NCBI GenBank assembly: GCA_051294375.1
Contig: CM119263.1
Location: 17,570,628 to 17,634,627, forward strand
DNA: 64,000 nt
Direction: 5' to 3'
DNA from: Paraspadella gotoi
Lineage: Eukaryota; Animalia; Chaetognatha
The notes under the pieces are model-generated. The model saw only the letters and a program-made list of their open reading frames with translations, did not search any database and was not told the origin of the DNA. Position 1 is the first letter of the stretch; every line of letters starts with the position of its first letter. Shown in pieces: positions 32,005-45,195 of this stretch. Made by a program: the position numbers and the translations under genes.

Positions 32005-35000
32005 TTTTAAATTATATTCAAGTAGACTTCCGTGCATACTGCAGAGTGCATAACAAGATGACGTTTTGTGACGGATTAGACATGTGATATGGTTATTAAC
32101 CATTAACCATTGGTTAAGGGTTTTTGCTCGGGTGTGATCGATACGGCTAAAATTTAGGTCTGAGAAATTCAAGCAGCCAAGTAGTAGAGAAGTAATAATA
32201 AGTATGTTTAAAATTAACCCGAAGGAACGTTATCAGTAAACCTTAGTTATAGAATGTAGGAGCAAAATAACATGTGACAAGAGAGGATATAAAATTTAAA
32301 TTATTAAAACAAACTGGTTTCACGGGATTTAAAAAAGATAATAAAAAAATGAAGGCGATGAACAGAAAAATAAACTATGGAAAAAAATACAATGAGAGAT
32401 CAAAAACATAGGTACAATAGAAGCATAAAATAATATAAACAACGGAGCAACAACGATAGTTTGTTGAAGTAAAGTTATCTATGAAATACTAGGCAATCTT
32501 AGATGAAGATTATTCATATTGTTTTAATAAGTTAATCTAAAAATAAACATTCTCTCTAGACAAGTACTTTTGTATGGTGAACATTCAGATGCCCATTTTA
32601 AATACATGAAAAAGTAAATGAGTGAAAGTTTCCACATCAACTGTCGTGAATGTATCCACCAGTCAAGTCTTTTCAATTTACCTTTTAATTACATTAATCC
32701 AGAATAAAACTTCAATTCGATTCCCAGAACGTTATAATAACGAAGTTTAAGATAAAATCATATAAAATCATAACACTAACGTCCCCATCCCAATAAATAA
32801 TATTAGATTTAAATATTTAACATGAAAAAAAATATCATAACAAATAAATAAAATCAAAATATTGAATATTTTAAAATCTAAAAAACAAAAGATAGTGAAA
32901 CAAATAATTTTGCAATTTTCATATAAAAAATATGGGCCGTTTTTAACAATAATATCATAATAAAAGGCCAGATAGAAGGAATGAAACAAGAAGAAAAATT
33001 TGTTAGCAGCCTTCAGAGTTAACAAATATTTTTACAATAAATGTCTTTACCTTTTTTGGCAAAATACTATTATTATTTTTATACTTTTCTCGCTTTATGT
33101 ATGAAGCCCGATTGAGAGAGGAAACAAAATGAAACTGAAACTGTAACTGAAACAAAATCTGGATTCCAGAAGAGAATCTTCAAGCTTTTTATTCTAAGTT
33201 TTTATTAGAGGTTAAAAATATCGAGAAATTACTAATTATTAACGTAACCAACAAGTATACGTTTTCATATTTTTAACTCAGTAAACCTCAGAAAAAAAGA
33301 ATGTACATGATTTTTCGCTATTTATGTATAATATGGTATCTGTCCGATGACTCCAGATCATACCTTTTTAAAGTGAGGAATGATATAAACTATAAAGTAA
33401 ATTGATTAATTTTAATTTAATTTTAATTTTAATTTTTATTTTAATTCGTTAGAGTGGATGAATCTTTGTAAACCATCTTAATGTTACTTAATAAGTTATA
33501 CTTTTACCCAAGGAAGACTGCTCAAAATTCCAGTGACTAATTACGTTAATGATTACGTTAATGATTAAAAGCCGATGCTTAAGCAACTGTGCCGTTATAA
33601 AACAGAGATAATCGGCGAAAACCCAGGAAGACAGAAATTAGTAGAGTGTTACGTGACTCGAAGTTAGTAATGACGTACGTTGTGACAACAGTGTGCAAAT
33701 AATGAATAAAACGCTCATAAATCAGTCTCGATCTCTAAATATCTCTTGTCTCTCTTCCGCGCTTTTTTTTTCTCTCGCTCTCACTCATTCTCTCTCCCTC
33801 TCTCTTGCCTTTCCACTTTTTCTTGCTTTCTTCAACAAGCCCGGGAGCAGCAGCCACTTTATGATCAGCGGTGGCTGTCATTGCCACGACAGTTGGTTGC
33901 TTAGCGAATTCGGTCATCGCCCTGGTTTTCTGCTCCGTCGCACAGTAGTCCAAAGACGCAATATCCATCTCCGACTCGACAGGAACCGCAGGGCTCCCTT
34001 TCGATTCGACGGTAAAAATCTCTTTCGCAACGACCTTCTCTACTGCGCCTTTCTGCTCCGTCGCGGCGGGAGGCTGCGCTTCGACATCCCCCTGCGATCT
34101 CGGACGCACGACGGCCACGGGAGATCTTCTCCCTTCGCCGTCTTTCGACTTCCAAACGCCGTACGTTACGGGCGTGTCTCCTTTCCAATGACCAGACATC
34201 GAAACTTCTACGAAACTGGGAGACGAAGTCATCGTCGACGGCGACTCCTGCGACACGGTGGAGAGGGTGTCCGGTGTCGGAGGAAGATGAGCAACTCGCC
34301 GGGGCTTTGCCGGAGGAGTATTCGGGTAATTTTTCGTCTGGACCTCCGAGAACGGAGGTGAAGTCTCCGGCAAAACCGGCTTTGCCATTTGGGGCTCCGC
34401 CACCTTAGCACAGGACTCGTCTTCATTGGTTTTTTTCATCAAAGCCGTCTTCACAGCCGTCACCGTCGCCGGTACCGCCGACTCTGCTATTTCCGGCTTC
34501 GTTAGCCCCTTTGTCGCTACCGGCTCCGCTATCTCCATTGCCGCAGCAGCCGCGGCCATCTCCGTCGCAGCCGCCTCCTCTTTCTCCTTCTTAGCAGCGG
34601 CCTCCGCCATTTCCGTCGCGACAGCCAAGCTCGCGTCCGCGTCGCTGGCAATGGAGGCGACTTCAGACGCCTCCGGAATCGATTCCAAAACAACGGCTGT
34701 CAAATCAATGACGCGCTCGTGCGGCGGCGTCTGCGGCATCGCGAAATTGGCCGTCGCCAGATCGATCTTTGCATCGAGATCCGTTTCTAGGAACAGCGCC
34801 TCTTTCGGCGAAGCGCTTGAGTGGGTGGAGTCGTTCTGATACGACTTGGGAATTTCGACGGTGGCCGGTATGGATTCCTTTATCGATTCTGCCGGAATCT
34901 TCTGAACCACCGCATAATCGACGCCACCGTAGCCCGTGCCAAGGCTCAAATCGTTTTCGTTGGGTGGCGACAATTCGTTGGGTTGATTATCTGCTTCGAT

Positions 35001-35753
35001 CGGTAACGTATCTTTAAGATTAAGTTCGTTCCTTGTTTGGACCTTCTCATTCTTACTTTCATCGGGAAGCGCGTTTTTCAATCTATCTGGTTGAATCGGA
35101 TCTTGACTCGATTCATCGGTTGTGTTTACGTCTTTGACAACGCTGTTTACTGTTGTTTGCGTTTCAACGTTTAGGTTTTTGTCGGCGTCCAGGTTGGGAA
35201 GTTTTAAGGTGGCGTATCCGTCAAAGGCGTTGTCATCGTCGGCGTCGGTTACTCCGGAGAGGCGCATAGACGCGTAACCCGACTCCGCTTCCGGCAAAGA
35301 TGGAATCGATGAGTTCAATTCCGGATCGGAGGATCCGGCTTTGAGTTGTTCACCCGTCGGCGGTTTACTTTCTTCCAAAACCGCTAATGTTTTATATATT
35401 GACAATTTGTGTTGTTTTTTTTTTTTTTTGTGACACGCAAAGCGCAAATATGTTCATTAATAATGTGAAAGACAATCGGTCACGTCAAGATGTTGATATT
35501 TTATAATTTAATACAGTTTAAATTTTAAATTGTATCAGTCGATAATTGGATAGAGGGACATGAGCAAATGTGAGCCAGAGGGAGTTGGGAGAAGAAATGG
35601 GTTGAAGGGAGGAAAAAAGGGGAATAAGTTTACTTGGTTAAGAAGGTATTTTGATGTCACAGTGAAAAACTGGGCGGGAGAAAGGGCGTTTACTTCTGAG
35701 TAAATATTTGAGAACAAGAAGAAAAGGAAGAAAAAGAAGAGAGAAAGAAAGAA

Positions 35754-35797
<44 letters not shown>

Positions 35798-37987
35798 GAG
35801 AGAGATGATGAGACGAGAGAGAGATGAGAAGAAAGAAAGAACGAGAAGAGCCAACATTGTTAACGGTATTTGCAGAATTTGAGTATTTGTTTACAACGAA
35901 ATATTTTATCGCCAAGAATTCTCCTCGAAATCCATTGATAAAAATAAAACATTAATTTAGAGTACATAGTCACATACCTTGAGATTCTTTCGATTTGCTT
36001 TTTGAACTTGACGTGAGACCCAAACGTTTCTTCATTCCCTTCCATATACGTTTCTTCTTTTTTTTCCTGTAATCAGTGAGACTAACAATTACAGAAGATA
36101 CTAATTTCACTTAACTTTACATTTACAGAAAATATGAAAAAAAAAGCAGTCACAGAAAGTCTTGTTAAAATCAAGCGAGGTCATGAAATGTAGGTCGACG
36201 CTCATTGACACAGAATTTCAGACAAATAGATGATGAATGACGATGAATGAAAGAATCACCAACGTAAACGAATACAAACGGACGGAGGAAAAAAGGGAGT
36301 CGTAAAGAAAGGAGGATTGAATAGAAATCACGACCCAAAGAATCTTATTTTAGGTGAAAACTAAAAAGTCCCGTTGTCATGACGACGCTTGTTCCGGATT
36401 TAATATTTAATCCATGCACTATATAAAGAAATGTATATATTTTGACAAATAGTCATGGGGACTTTTTATTTTTATGTGCCACAGTCACTTTAATCTTTGT
36501 TTTTACCTAATTATTACTACAGCTTAGAAACAGTTTAAACTGCTCTTATTTTGAAAATGACTCGAGGATTTAAAGTCTAGCCAATTCTTTCAAGATTCAT
36601 GCGCTCCTACTATAAATTTCCAGCCACTCTTCTTGAGACTTTAGTCGTCGAACGAGACGCACGGGTTTTCGTTTCAACGATAAAATTATCAAGTTTCGTG
36701 GAATCCACGACGACGACCTTAATTATTTCGAAAAACTTTTTTTGCTAAGTTTGTATGAATATAGAAAAAAGGAAAAAGATAATTAGGTGGCGGTATACAG
36801 TATACACAGTTTTTTTTACAATTTTCGGCAATTGGCAATTGTCTACTGTGGCTCCTTCAAAAATGCCTTATTTAGTTATAGAGCCTAAAATTTTAACTCT
36901 TTGAAATTTCTTTCATCTCTCACCCTTCGACGGACCCATCCAGCGAAGTGGCCGCCGACGTGAAGGAGTCCTGCGAAACGGTCGTCCCTCGCCGCGAATC
37001 CAGGTCCAGGTCGCCGCGGTCGCTGGGGGAAGTGGGTTCGTCGGCCGATGGCAACGTTGCGTCGGAAGGGAACGTGTCGTCGGGGTGGACATCCTGTTCC
37101 TGAAGAGTAGAAGATATGACGTTTACATTTTTTATTAAACTTATTTTTTAGATATTTTTGGGCACCTTTGATTTTTTGCTCTTTTTAAAAATCCCTTTAA
37201 AAGGAGACTTCTTTTTCGATTTTTCTTTTGACGGTGATAAACCTAACGAAATAAAAGGTAAAGTAGTAAGCAACTGTTCAAATTTTTTATCGCAAAAAAA
37301 AATGTCAAGAAACTCACTATCTAGATTAGGAGGAAGGCTGATGGTGCTACCACCGAATTGTTTGTCCAGGTTGGAGTTTATGTCTGTAAAACAAGAACGG
37401 TAATTCCAATGTGTTGCCCCGCAAACTTTTTTTGTCTGTATATTTATGATATGAACTGCATCAAAATTCTGTCTTTTTAATCCTGATAGTTTTAGGATTT
37501 CCCGTAGGGGGCGCTAGTACTAGCAGTCCCCTAGATTTGAAATTTTTTATGTTTTAACAAATGAGCAACCAACTATAAGCTAATTATATACATTTTTAAC
37601 TTAAGTTGAACAGACCAAAGGACAGACATACCGACCGACGGACCGACAGACCGACCAAAAAGTGACTTATAGAGTTGCTCCGCGAGTACTCGCGGCGCAA
37701 CTAAAAATGAGAAAATATCTACCCACACCTAGTTTTCAGCATTACAAAAAAACAGCATTGAATATAACATGTTTGCAGAACTGAACTCGGACCAGAACGT
37801 ATTCTAAATCTTAAATTAATTTTAAGGGTCGTCAACCCGAATTCGGTACCAAAAAAACTTAAATCCCCACGTCTGATCTGTCGCGCTTACCGTTCATCGA
37901 TCCATACTTCAGATTATCGATGGGGCTTTGGACTCTCCTGACAGATTTGAGAGTCACCGCGTCCGGGGGATCGTCCCGTCGACTCAT
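28277..37987 (-). CDS. Uncharacterised approximately 1060-aa acidic, disordered protein with basic amphipathic patches and C-terminal di-cysteine (WFQRFCCM)
   Basis: Phase-compatible exons (-): 37987-37891 (MSRRDDPP..), 37383-37318, 37242-37166 (KEKSKKKSPFKGIFKKSKKSK), 37099-36924, 36066-35978 (KKKKKRIWKGMKKRLGL), 35383 to about 33809, 31910-31734, 30558-30305, 30044-29649, 28651-28541, 28453-28277 (..RPKITWFQRFCCM*). No recognisable domain. Probable upstream UTR exons near 38710-38880 and 39030-39325. Confidence 0.75.
37503..37707 (+). mobile_element. HINE/DINE-1-like (Helentron-associated) element end
   Basis: (gacc/gaca)n microsatellite followed by the palindrome agttgctccgcgagtactcgcggcgcaact and an A-run. 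Same end in reverse at about 40683-40730 and 47363-47470; similar fragment at about 58726-58830. Confidence 0.6.
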
Positions 37988-38594
37988 CGCCTAGTCCGCT
38001 TTGTTTATTTGTTTGTTTTTTTGTTTTTTAGTTTTTTGTTTTATTTTGTTTAAAAAGGTTTATTGATATTTTTTTATCACATTGTTCCTCGTGATCGAAA
38101 CTGGTTTTTATTTTTATCTCGTCGACAATAACTATTAGTAACTAGTATTTTTTTCCCCCTTCAGATCAATTTTATCGGCGCGACATTCGCCGAAGAGAAA
38201 ACGCCCGGCTTACACCGTCTGTAAAAAAAAAGGTTGGTTCTCTAACTTTAGCAGAAAAAAAGGCCAGGTTTCGTGGATTAATTTTTTTTTTAGTTGGATT
38301 TCTTAAGCTTTAACCACAAAAAATATTGGAGAGGAAAATAAACGATCGATTAATCGCGGAGGAAAAATGTAAAGAGTCGGTCTGACGATTTGAAAAAGAA
38401 AAACGGGTTGACGAAAATCTCGATCCCACCTTTTGAAAATCCTGTTGTGTGTACGTGCGTTTCTGCGTGCGAGTGTGTGTGCGACAGTGATAGAGAGAGA
38501 AATCCAACATTCGAATTTGAATGGCAGAGAGAAAAGAGAGAGAGAGATAAGAGCGTGATTTAGATTTACGAAACTTGATTGTTTGGCCTGCCGT

Positions 38595-38677
<83 letters not shown>

Positions 38678-39739
38678 GAGAGGAGAGAGAGAGAGAGAGA
38701 GTCACAGATTACCCTTCCCCGATCGCGAGGTGAATGGGATAATTCGCGATTCCCGACGACGGGGAAACGAAGTTGACGACGGCGATGACGACGCCGATAG
38801 CGAATAAAATTGGTGACAGTCACTGAAGATTCAATCTGCGTCATTCGGTTCCCGGTCAGGGTGACAGATTCTTGTTTTCTGAAAAAGGTGTGTTGCCCTC
38901 CTCTTCCCACCTAATACTCTAATGAGTCTAATGGGAGAAGGAAACTTAACCAAATGTACAAATCTTCGTAATGTAACATCTCAAAGGCCTGTGTTATTTT
39001 CATGATCTTCATTAAACATTACAACAGCTATACTTGCATCACTTCATAATAAGAACCAATAATGATAACGACGACGTCGATTTGCCTCGACATCGCGTCG
39101 TTTACGGTCTCCATAACGACCAAAAACGTCGGATGTTGACCGATGGGGAGAAATTTATGTTCGGAAACGAAAACGGGAAGACTGAGCGGATCGGCTCGAT
39201 TAGCCGAGGACCGAAAAGTCACCCGAGGCCGAACGGTTAGACATTTTACCAAGCCGGTTTGACACAAATTTTTACAACGGAAAATACTTTTCAGACTGAT
39301 CGCGGTAATTGTTGGAGAAATTACCTGAAGCATGAAGCAAACGAAAAAGGGAGCGAAACAGTTATTAGATTTTTTTAAATACATGGTTATTAACATCAAT
39401 AAATACCGTGAGCTCAGGGATATTACTTACTGTTTACTAATGAATTCTCGTCACGGAATCATTTTGTAATATAGTAATTTTTTTAAATTAATTGTCTTTT
39501 TAGAAATCGGGATCATGAACTTTCAATAGGATGGATAAGAGTTTAGATTCGTCGAACAATTTCTTGAAATTATTAATATTTGAACTTAGTTATTTGCCAT
39601 AAAAGAAAATTTATCTTAAATTAACAAATTAGGTGTACTCTGTTCTATGTATATGTGTATTCCATAAACTTTTTTCGGCATTCCAAAGACGTTAGAAAAT
39701 AGACTCATTTTCAGTAAGATAATTAAAACTAAAAATTAA

Positions 39740-39910
39740 AATCCACCAACCGTTCATCAGCGGCCAGTGGTGCAGGAGGCAAGTCATTAGCCTCCCAACC
39801 TAAAGGTCCGGGGTTCTAACCCAGTGGTCGCCTAGGACGGAGCCCTTAACCCGCCTGATCCNNNNNNNNNNAACTGTTCTGTAATTAACTCATAACATTA
39901 ATTACCTGCT
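39740..39910 (+). mobile_element. tRNA-Gly-derived SINE-like repeat, copy 1 (interrupted by gap)
   Basis: gcggcca..tggtgcaggagg (A box)..ttagc-ctcccaa-cctaa..ggttctaaccc (B box)..tggtcgc. Shared with the 56839 and 60356 copies. Confidence 0.75.
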
Positions 39911-40214
39911 TCGAAAAAAAAATTCAAAGATTCAAGTGTTACCTTTCCGTCTTTCTCTCTAACATCCAAGTCATCACAACCTACATCTGGAACATACTTC
40001 AAAAATTATCGCAGAATAAATTTGAGGAACGCAATCAAATGGTGATTATATATCCTACAGTGTGTAAGAATAGCTCCAAAAAATTCAAAGAAATTCCATG
40101 TTACGCTAATATGTTTTTATCGAAACTCCATCAAATGATTAAATACAGATATGTGATCGTCCGACATGACTTAAAATTTCACAAACATACTTTGGCTGCT
40201 CTCTCGGCATGACC

Positions 40215-41488
40215 ATGGGCTGCGGCAAATCTCAGGTTTTTGACTTTTTCGTGAAAGCTATGAAAAAAGTACACGATGTAAGTTTTTTAAAAAATTACAA
40301 TTTGTTGTTTTAATTTAAAATTTCGTTTTTAAAAGTTTTTTATCATCCCTTTATTCTCATACAACTATTTAAATTACTGAATAATATTTTTTTGTAATAA
40401 CTTATTTATAAACCATTAATTATAAACCCGTTTTATATCTTGGCAAAAAACAAGCATTACGAAGTTACAATACGAAGTTACCAAAACCGATAAACGAAAT
40501 GATCATTTGTTCTATTTTTAGGCGCCCAAGGAGGTAGTAGCCCTGGTGAGTGTGACAAAAAAAATTTTAGGCACCAAGTAACAAAAGATTCAGCTCGAAT
40601 TTGTTCTATAATACTATAATACTATTATTAATAGCTTGCGATGTTTATAATTTTATATAAATCTTATCCTCCTTCTGACAGATTTTTAGTTGCGCCGTGA
40701 GAACTCGCTTTTGTCGGTCGGTCGGTTAATATATGTCCTTTTATTTATTTCATTAACAATTATATTTTAAATACTTATAACTCGGGTTACACTGTATCAA
40801 TTAAGTTCATATTTGTTATGAGTATTATAAGGCCTTTAATATGCATATGTATCATACTTAAATCATTTATATATAGCATAATTTATGTATTACACACAGG
40901 GGCGGCGAGAGAAATGGCGGGCCCCTCCACTGGCCCCCCCATCCGCCCCCCCCCCCCGCTCTCCATAATTTTAGTTTTTAGTTTTCGATTACCGACTTTC
41001 TGTCTTGAAAATTGCTCCAGTGCTCAAACTTCTGCCTCCAGGACTTGTAACCTGGCATTGGTGTTTCACAATCATCGTGCCTCTCCTCTCGTCTAAATTT
41101 GTTAAAACTTCTGACTCTATGTGATTTTGCGCTTATTTTTAACCATGAGCGGCAATAGAGATACGGCTATATATCACATTCATAATCTTTGTGCCTCTTT
41201 TTTAGACTGAACGAGGGGTCTGAATCAGTCAAATCTTCCCCCAAGCATGATCTAACCTGAACTTTATTCTGTGAGACTATCTGTACTATCTTCCCATATT
41301 TTTTTTATTCTTCTTTTGTGGGCAGGAATTAATCAGACGAGGTTTAGATCGAGAATGATTATTCTCCAACGAAATAACATAACAATAACAATATAAGACG
41401 CTAAGTCTAAGTAATGGGACAATAAGGGACATGAGGGGCAACGGGGACAACTCGGTGAAATCTTACAATGGTTGATAGAGAGAGAGAA

Positions 41489-41568
<80 letters not shown>

Positions 41569-42185
41569 CTCGAGTTATTTGGTCAATCGTAAAAGGTTGC
41601 GTGTGGTTACTGCCACACATCCTCCCACCGAGACTTCGACCCGGTTCGACGAGAGTTTGTTGATCATCTTCGTTTTCGTCGGGAGGGTGAAGCATAGACG
41701 GGAGAATGTTTATCAGGCCTGGAATCCGGTCTGCCTGACGTCTGAGTGTTGGAATGACCGAAGGTGACGCGGGAGGGGGCGGTGAAACGATCGGAGACGT
41801 CGGCGCCGGTCCTCGCATGTCAAGGCGTGGGCGTCCGCGTCGCGGCGCCGAGGGAGGTGAAGGGGGCGGAAGAGAGGTATCGAGTACGGCGGGTTTGAGT
41901 CGGTCGACAGTGATTGTCTCCACGCCTCAACGGGGACAACTCGGTGAAATCCTACAATGGTTGATAGCGAGAGAGAGTGAGAAAGAGAGAGAGAGAGAGA
42001 GAGAGAATGTATTGAATGTATTGAATGTATAAAACAGATACGGCCTTGGGCACGCCTAATGGGCCTATACAGCCTTTTAAGTAAAGTACAGTTAAATTAC
42101 GATGTTTTAAAATACAATTAAAGATCTTGAAAATAACTTTTCAAAAAACAAAAAACGATAACTTTTTCAAAACACAAAAAACCGA

Positions 42186-42280
<95 letters not shown>

Positions 42281-43612
42281 CTCGAGTTATTTGGTCAATC
42301 GTAAAAGGTTGCATGTGGTGACTGCCACACTTTCTTCTTCTTTTTTCTTCTTTTTTCTTCTTTTCTTTTTATTTTCTTTCTGTCTTTTTTTCCCCCGGGT
42401 GTCCCCCCCTCTCGCCGCCCCTGATTATCAAATTATTTTAAATAATACATGGGAGGCTGGGATGGTAATTGTAAATATTTTTTAAGCTTTAATTTTATAT
42501 ATGTATAATTACGTGATCAGAAAGTCAATACGGTATAGTTTGTTAGTTTACAAAAACGTGATCATCCAAAAAATGCTTATTATGCTTATTATAGTCACGT
42601 GATTTCCTGAAAATCAGTCTTAGAAGGGAAGTCGCTGCCGCGCAACACCGTTAATTTGCCGGCTCTTATTTTTTTCAGGAAGACCCGCTGACTGGCCTCA
42701 GTGAATTACAAATTAAGGAAATTCAAGATTGGTGGGAGACGCAAAAGAATAATCAAGGTAATTTAGTTTTTTTACAAAACTAGTTACGGTATCAATAAAA
42801 AATTGAAAGGTTATTGGAAGATCAAATTGAGTTGTTTATTTTGTTATTCATGTAAGGTGGAAAGAATAACTAAAAGGTTCGGAACCAACGAGTAATTTAC
42901 AAGTTTTTTACCAGATAAAATCATATACACGCTTTTTTGGAAATTTTTCGACGATTTTCCGTTGATGAAGACTCGTTTTTGCTTCGCTGTCGACAAACCC
43001 ACGAAAGAGATTATGTCGAGAAAGGAAATGGTCGATCACGTAGAAGCTTTTGCGAAAGCTTGGAAAATAAGTAGGACAAATCTATTTAATCTGAATTTTC
43101 TAATTATTAGATTATTATTACTTCCTATCTATTTTAACCACTTTTAACAATTCTTAAGACTTTATGATTAAGCTCCCTTGAGATTATTACACTAAACAAA
43201 AATAAATACTAATCGTTCGCAGTTATGGAACTCGTTGAAGATACGGAAAAATTGGCCTCGGCCGTTAAAGGTCTCGGATACAATCACCACAAATTTGGAA
43301 TCAATCAGCAAGTGAACCTTATTTTTATTCCCTATTTTTTTTTTTTTTTTTTTTTTGGTCTCTCTTTTTCTTCATTTCGATCTTTCATTTGCTTAGGACA
43401 GCCTCTGCCTCAAGGCCTCCATGTTGAAGACCCTCTTTCCGAAGAATTCCTCCGTGACCTCCAAGGACGACCTCCGCGTCGCTTTGGAAATCCTCATCTC
43501 CTTCATCGACTACGTCTTCCGGTTGGGTCTCCACGAGGCGGAGATGGAAAAGAACGAAATGGAGGTCGTTATAAAAAAATGGGAGATGGACAAAAGGGAA
43601 AGAGGGAGTTAA
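40215..43612 (+). CDS. Globin with N-terminal myristoylation/palmitoylation motif (globin X-like membrane globin)
   Basis: Exons 40215-40235 (MGCGKSQ), 40522-40545 (APKEVVAL), 42679-42757 (EDPLTGLSELQIKEIQDWW, A helix), 42915-43070 (LFWKFFDDFPLMKTRF with C2 Pro and CD1 Phe; DHVEAF with E7 His), 43223-43311 (GLGYNHHKFGI with F8 His), 43397-43612. All phases match. The first two tiny exons are less certain than the globin core. Confidence 0.85.
40897..42423. mobile_element. hAT-like non-autonomous element (15-bp TIR CAGGGGCGGCGAGAG) hosting a nested LTR element
   Basis: Perfect TIRs at 40897-40911 and 42409-42423. The 8-bp flanks attacaca/attatcaa are only partly matched. Confidence 0.7.
41317..42329 (-). 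mobile_element. Internally deleted Ty3/gypsy LTR retrotransposon
   Basis: 3' LTR 41617-41317 (TGTGGCAG..CCCACA); 5' LTR starts at 42329 with the same sequence. 4-bp TSD cttt (41313-41316, 42330-42333). Purine tract gggaggatg precedes the 3' LTR. Integrase C-terminal motif TITVDRLKPA at about 41890-41920. Confidence 0.88.
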
Positions 43613-43732
43613 AGAAGTNNNNNNNNNNCTTTCAAGTTATCATTTTTTCGATATCCCTGAATTCTATTGTATCATAAAGTGTTAAAAAATACAACCTGAA
43701 TTAAGCGTATGGACTATGGAGTCACAATTTTG

Positions 43733-43995
43733 GAGGCATAATTTTGTCAACTGGCTTAATTTGGTCAATTTGCATAATTTGGTCAACCGAATTAAGTGTA
43801 TAGACTATGGAGTCACAATTTTGGAGGCATAATTTGGAGGCATAATTTTGTAAACTGGCTCAATTTGGTCAATTTGCATAATTTGGTCAACTGGCATAAT
43901 TTGATCAATTTGTATAATTTGGTCTACTGGCATAAATTGGTCAACTGTTATAATTTGGTTAACTGGCATAATTTTATCAACTTACATAATTTGTT
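43733..43995. repeat. 18-bp minisatellite (cataatttggtcaa[ct]t[gt]g)
   Basis: Tandem degenerate units. Source of the periodic NLVNWH ORF. Confidence 0.85.
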
Positions 43996-45097
43996 CGTAT
44001 AGCGTGAAGAAATAATTCTAAGAATGTTCCGACTAAGATTATTCAAACTTTAATTTTAATTTTGCTATCAGTCTCAGAGAATTTTTAAGTAGTTAATATC
44101 AAATTATAAAATTCTTCAAGCGTACTCTCTGGGTGCCCGAGCAATAGTTAACGCATAGCACGCAAGAATAGACATAATGATACCCACCTTTGTCTCATCA
44201 TTTTCTTGGGGATTTACTTTCTTAATTCCGCGAATTGAGCATGCGATGGTGATTGTTGTTGTGGAACTGAAAGGAAGGCGAAGCGATGAGAGAGAGAGAG
44301 AAGTCGGCCCGACGCTGCGCCTCATTGGTTACCTCGCATGGAGAAGACGACGGGGATTCCCGTTGCATTTTTGATCGATAGCTCTGTGGCAGTGCAGTGG
44401 AGTGCAGTCTGTTTCGAATTGTGTTTAACAACCTAATATTAATGACCTAACATACTTTGCATTTGCTTACCCAATGATAACGGTAGAATGCTATTACTGG
44501 GGGGGTCATCTGGCCAGGTCGATTGTTGTGTTCGCGCCGGATCAACTCATAATTTTTTCACGTTTTGTAAAAAAATTTTCTTTCCTGGTCGATTCAGAGA
44601 AGCTGCTCCGAGCTTTCGATTTATGAGAATCTGAAAACCTTGCAAAATTTGACAGTCGGCCTCATGAGAAAAAATAAAGTTGTGAGACAATTTCTTGACA
44701 AGTTTTATCCAAAAAACTTGAACCATTTTCATTGTTTTCTTGACGCCTCGGAAGATAAACAACTATTTTTACTAAAATAATGTGAATAATTACTTTTAAT
44801 CAATAGAATAGAGTAATGATACATAGGATATAGCATCAAGAGTTTACTAGAAAAAAATGTCTATTTTTTATATATTTTTTTAATAATTAAAAGAAATTGG
44901 TACATTCTTTAACTTAAATAAAAATATGTGTAGTACCAGAATTAAAAGAATAAAAGACAAAATGCATTAAAAAAAAATATATATGTATCTTTATAAACAC
45001 ATTTACTTTATTTTAACATTAATCTTCTTAGCCTTATTTTCCCAGAACGTGCCATTTTATTTTAAATTCGGAATCAAATTAATTTTTTAGCTCAAAG

Positions 45098-45195
45098 ATT
45101 AGGTTGGAGGTTAGGATTAGGTTGAGGTTAGGCTTGGGATTAGATTAACGATTAGGGTTATGGATTAGGGTTAGAAGTTTAAAGTTAGTGATTAG
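45098..45195 (+). repeat. Degenerate TTAGG(G)-like tandem repeat
   Basis: ttaggttggaggttaggattaggttgaggttaggcttgggattag..ttagggtta..ttagggttag. Confidence 0.7.

Noticed and set aside
39761-39831. Functional tRNA-Gly(CCC) gene
   Set aside because: D and anticodon stems are mismatched, and the sequence is embedded in a longer dispersed repeat, so it is treated as a SINE head.
43733-43995. CRISPR-like array or NLVNWH repeat protein
   Set aside because: Eukaryotic 18-bp minisatellite with no unique spacers.
45098-45195. True telomere or chromosome fusion site
   Set aside because: Short, highly degenerate and in a single orientation. Such tracts are common inside transposon remnants.
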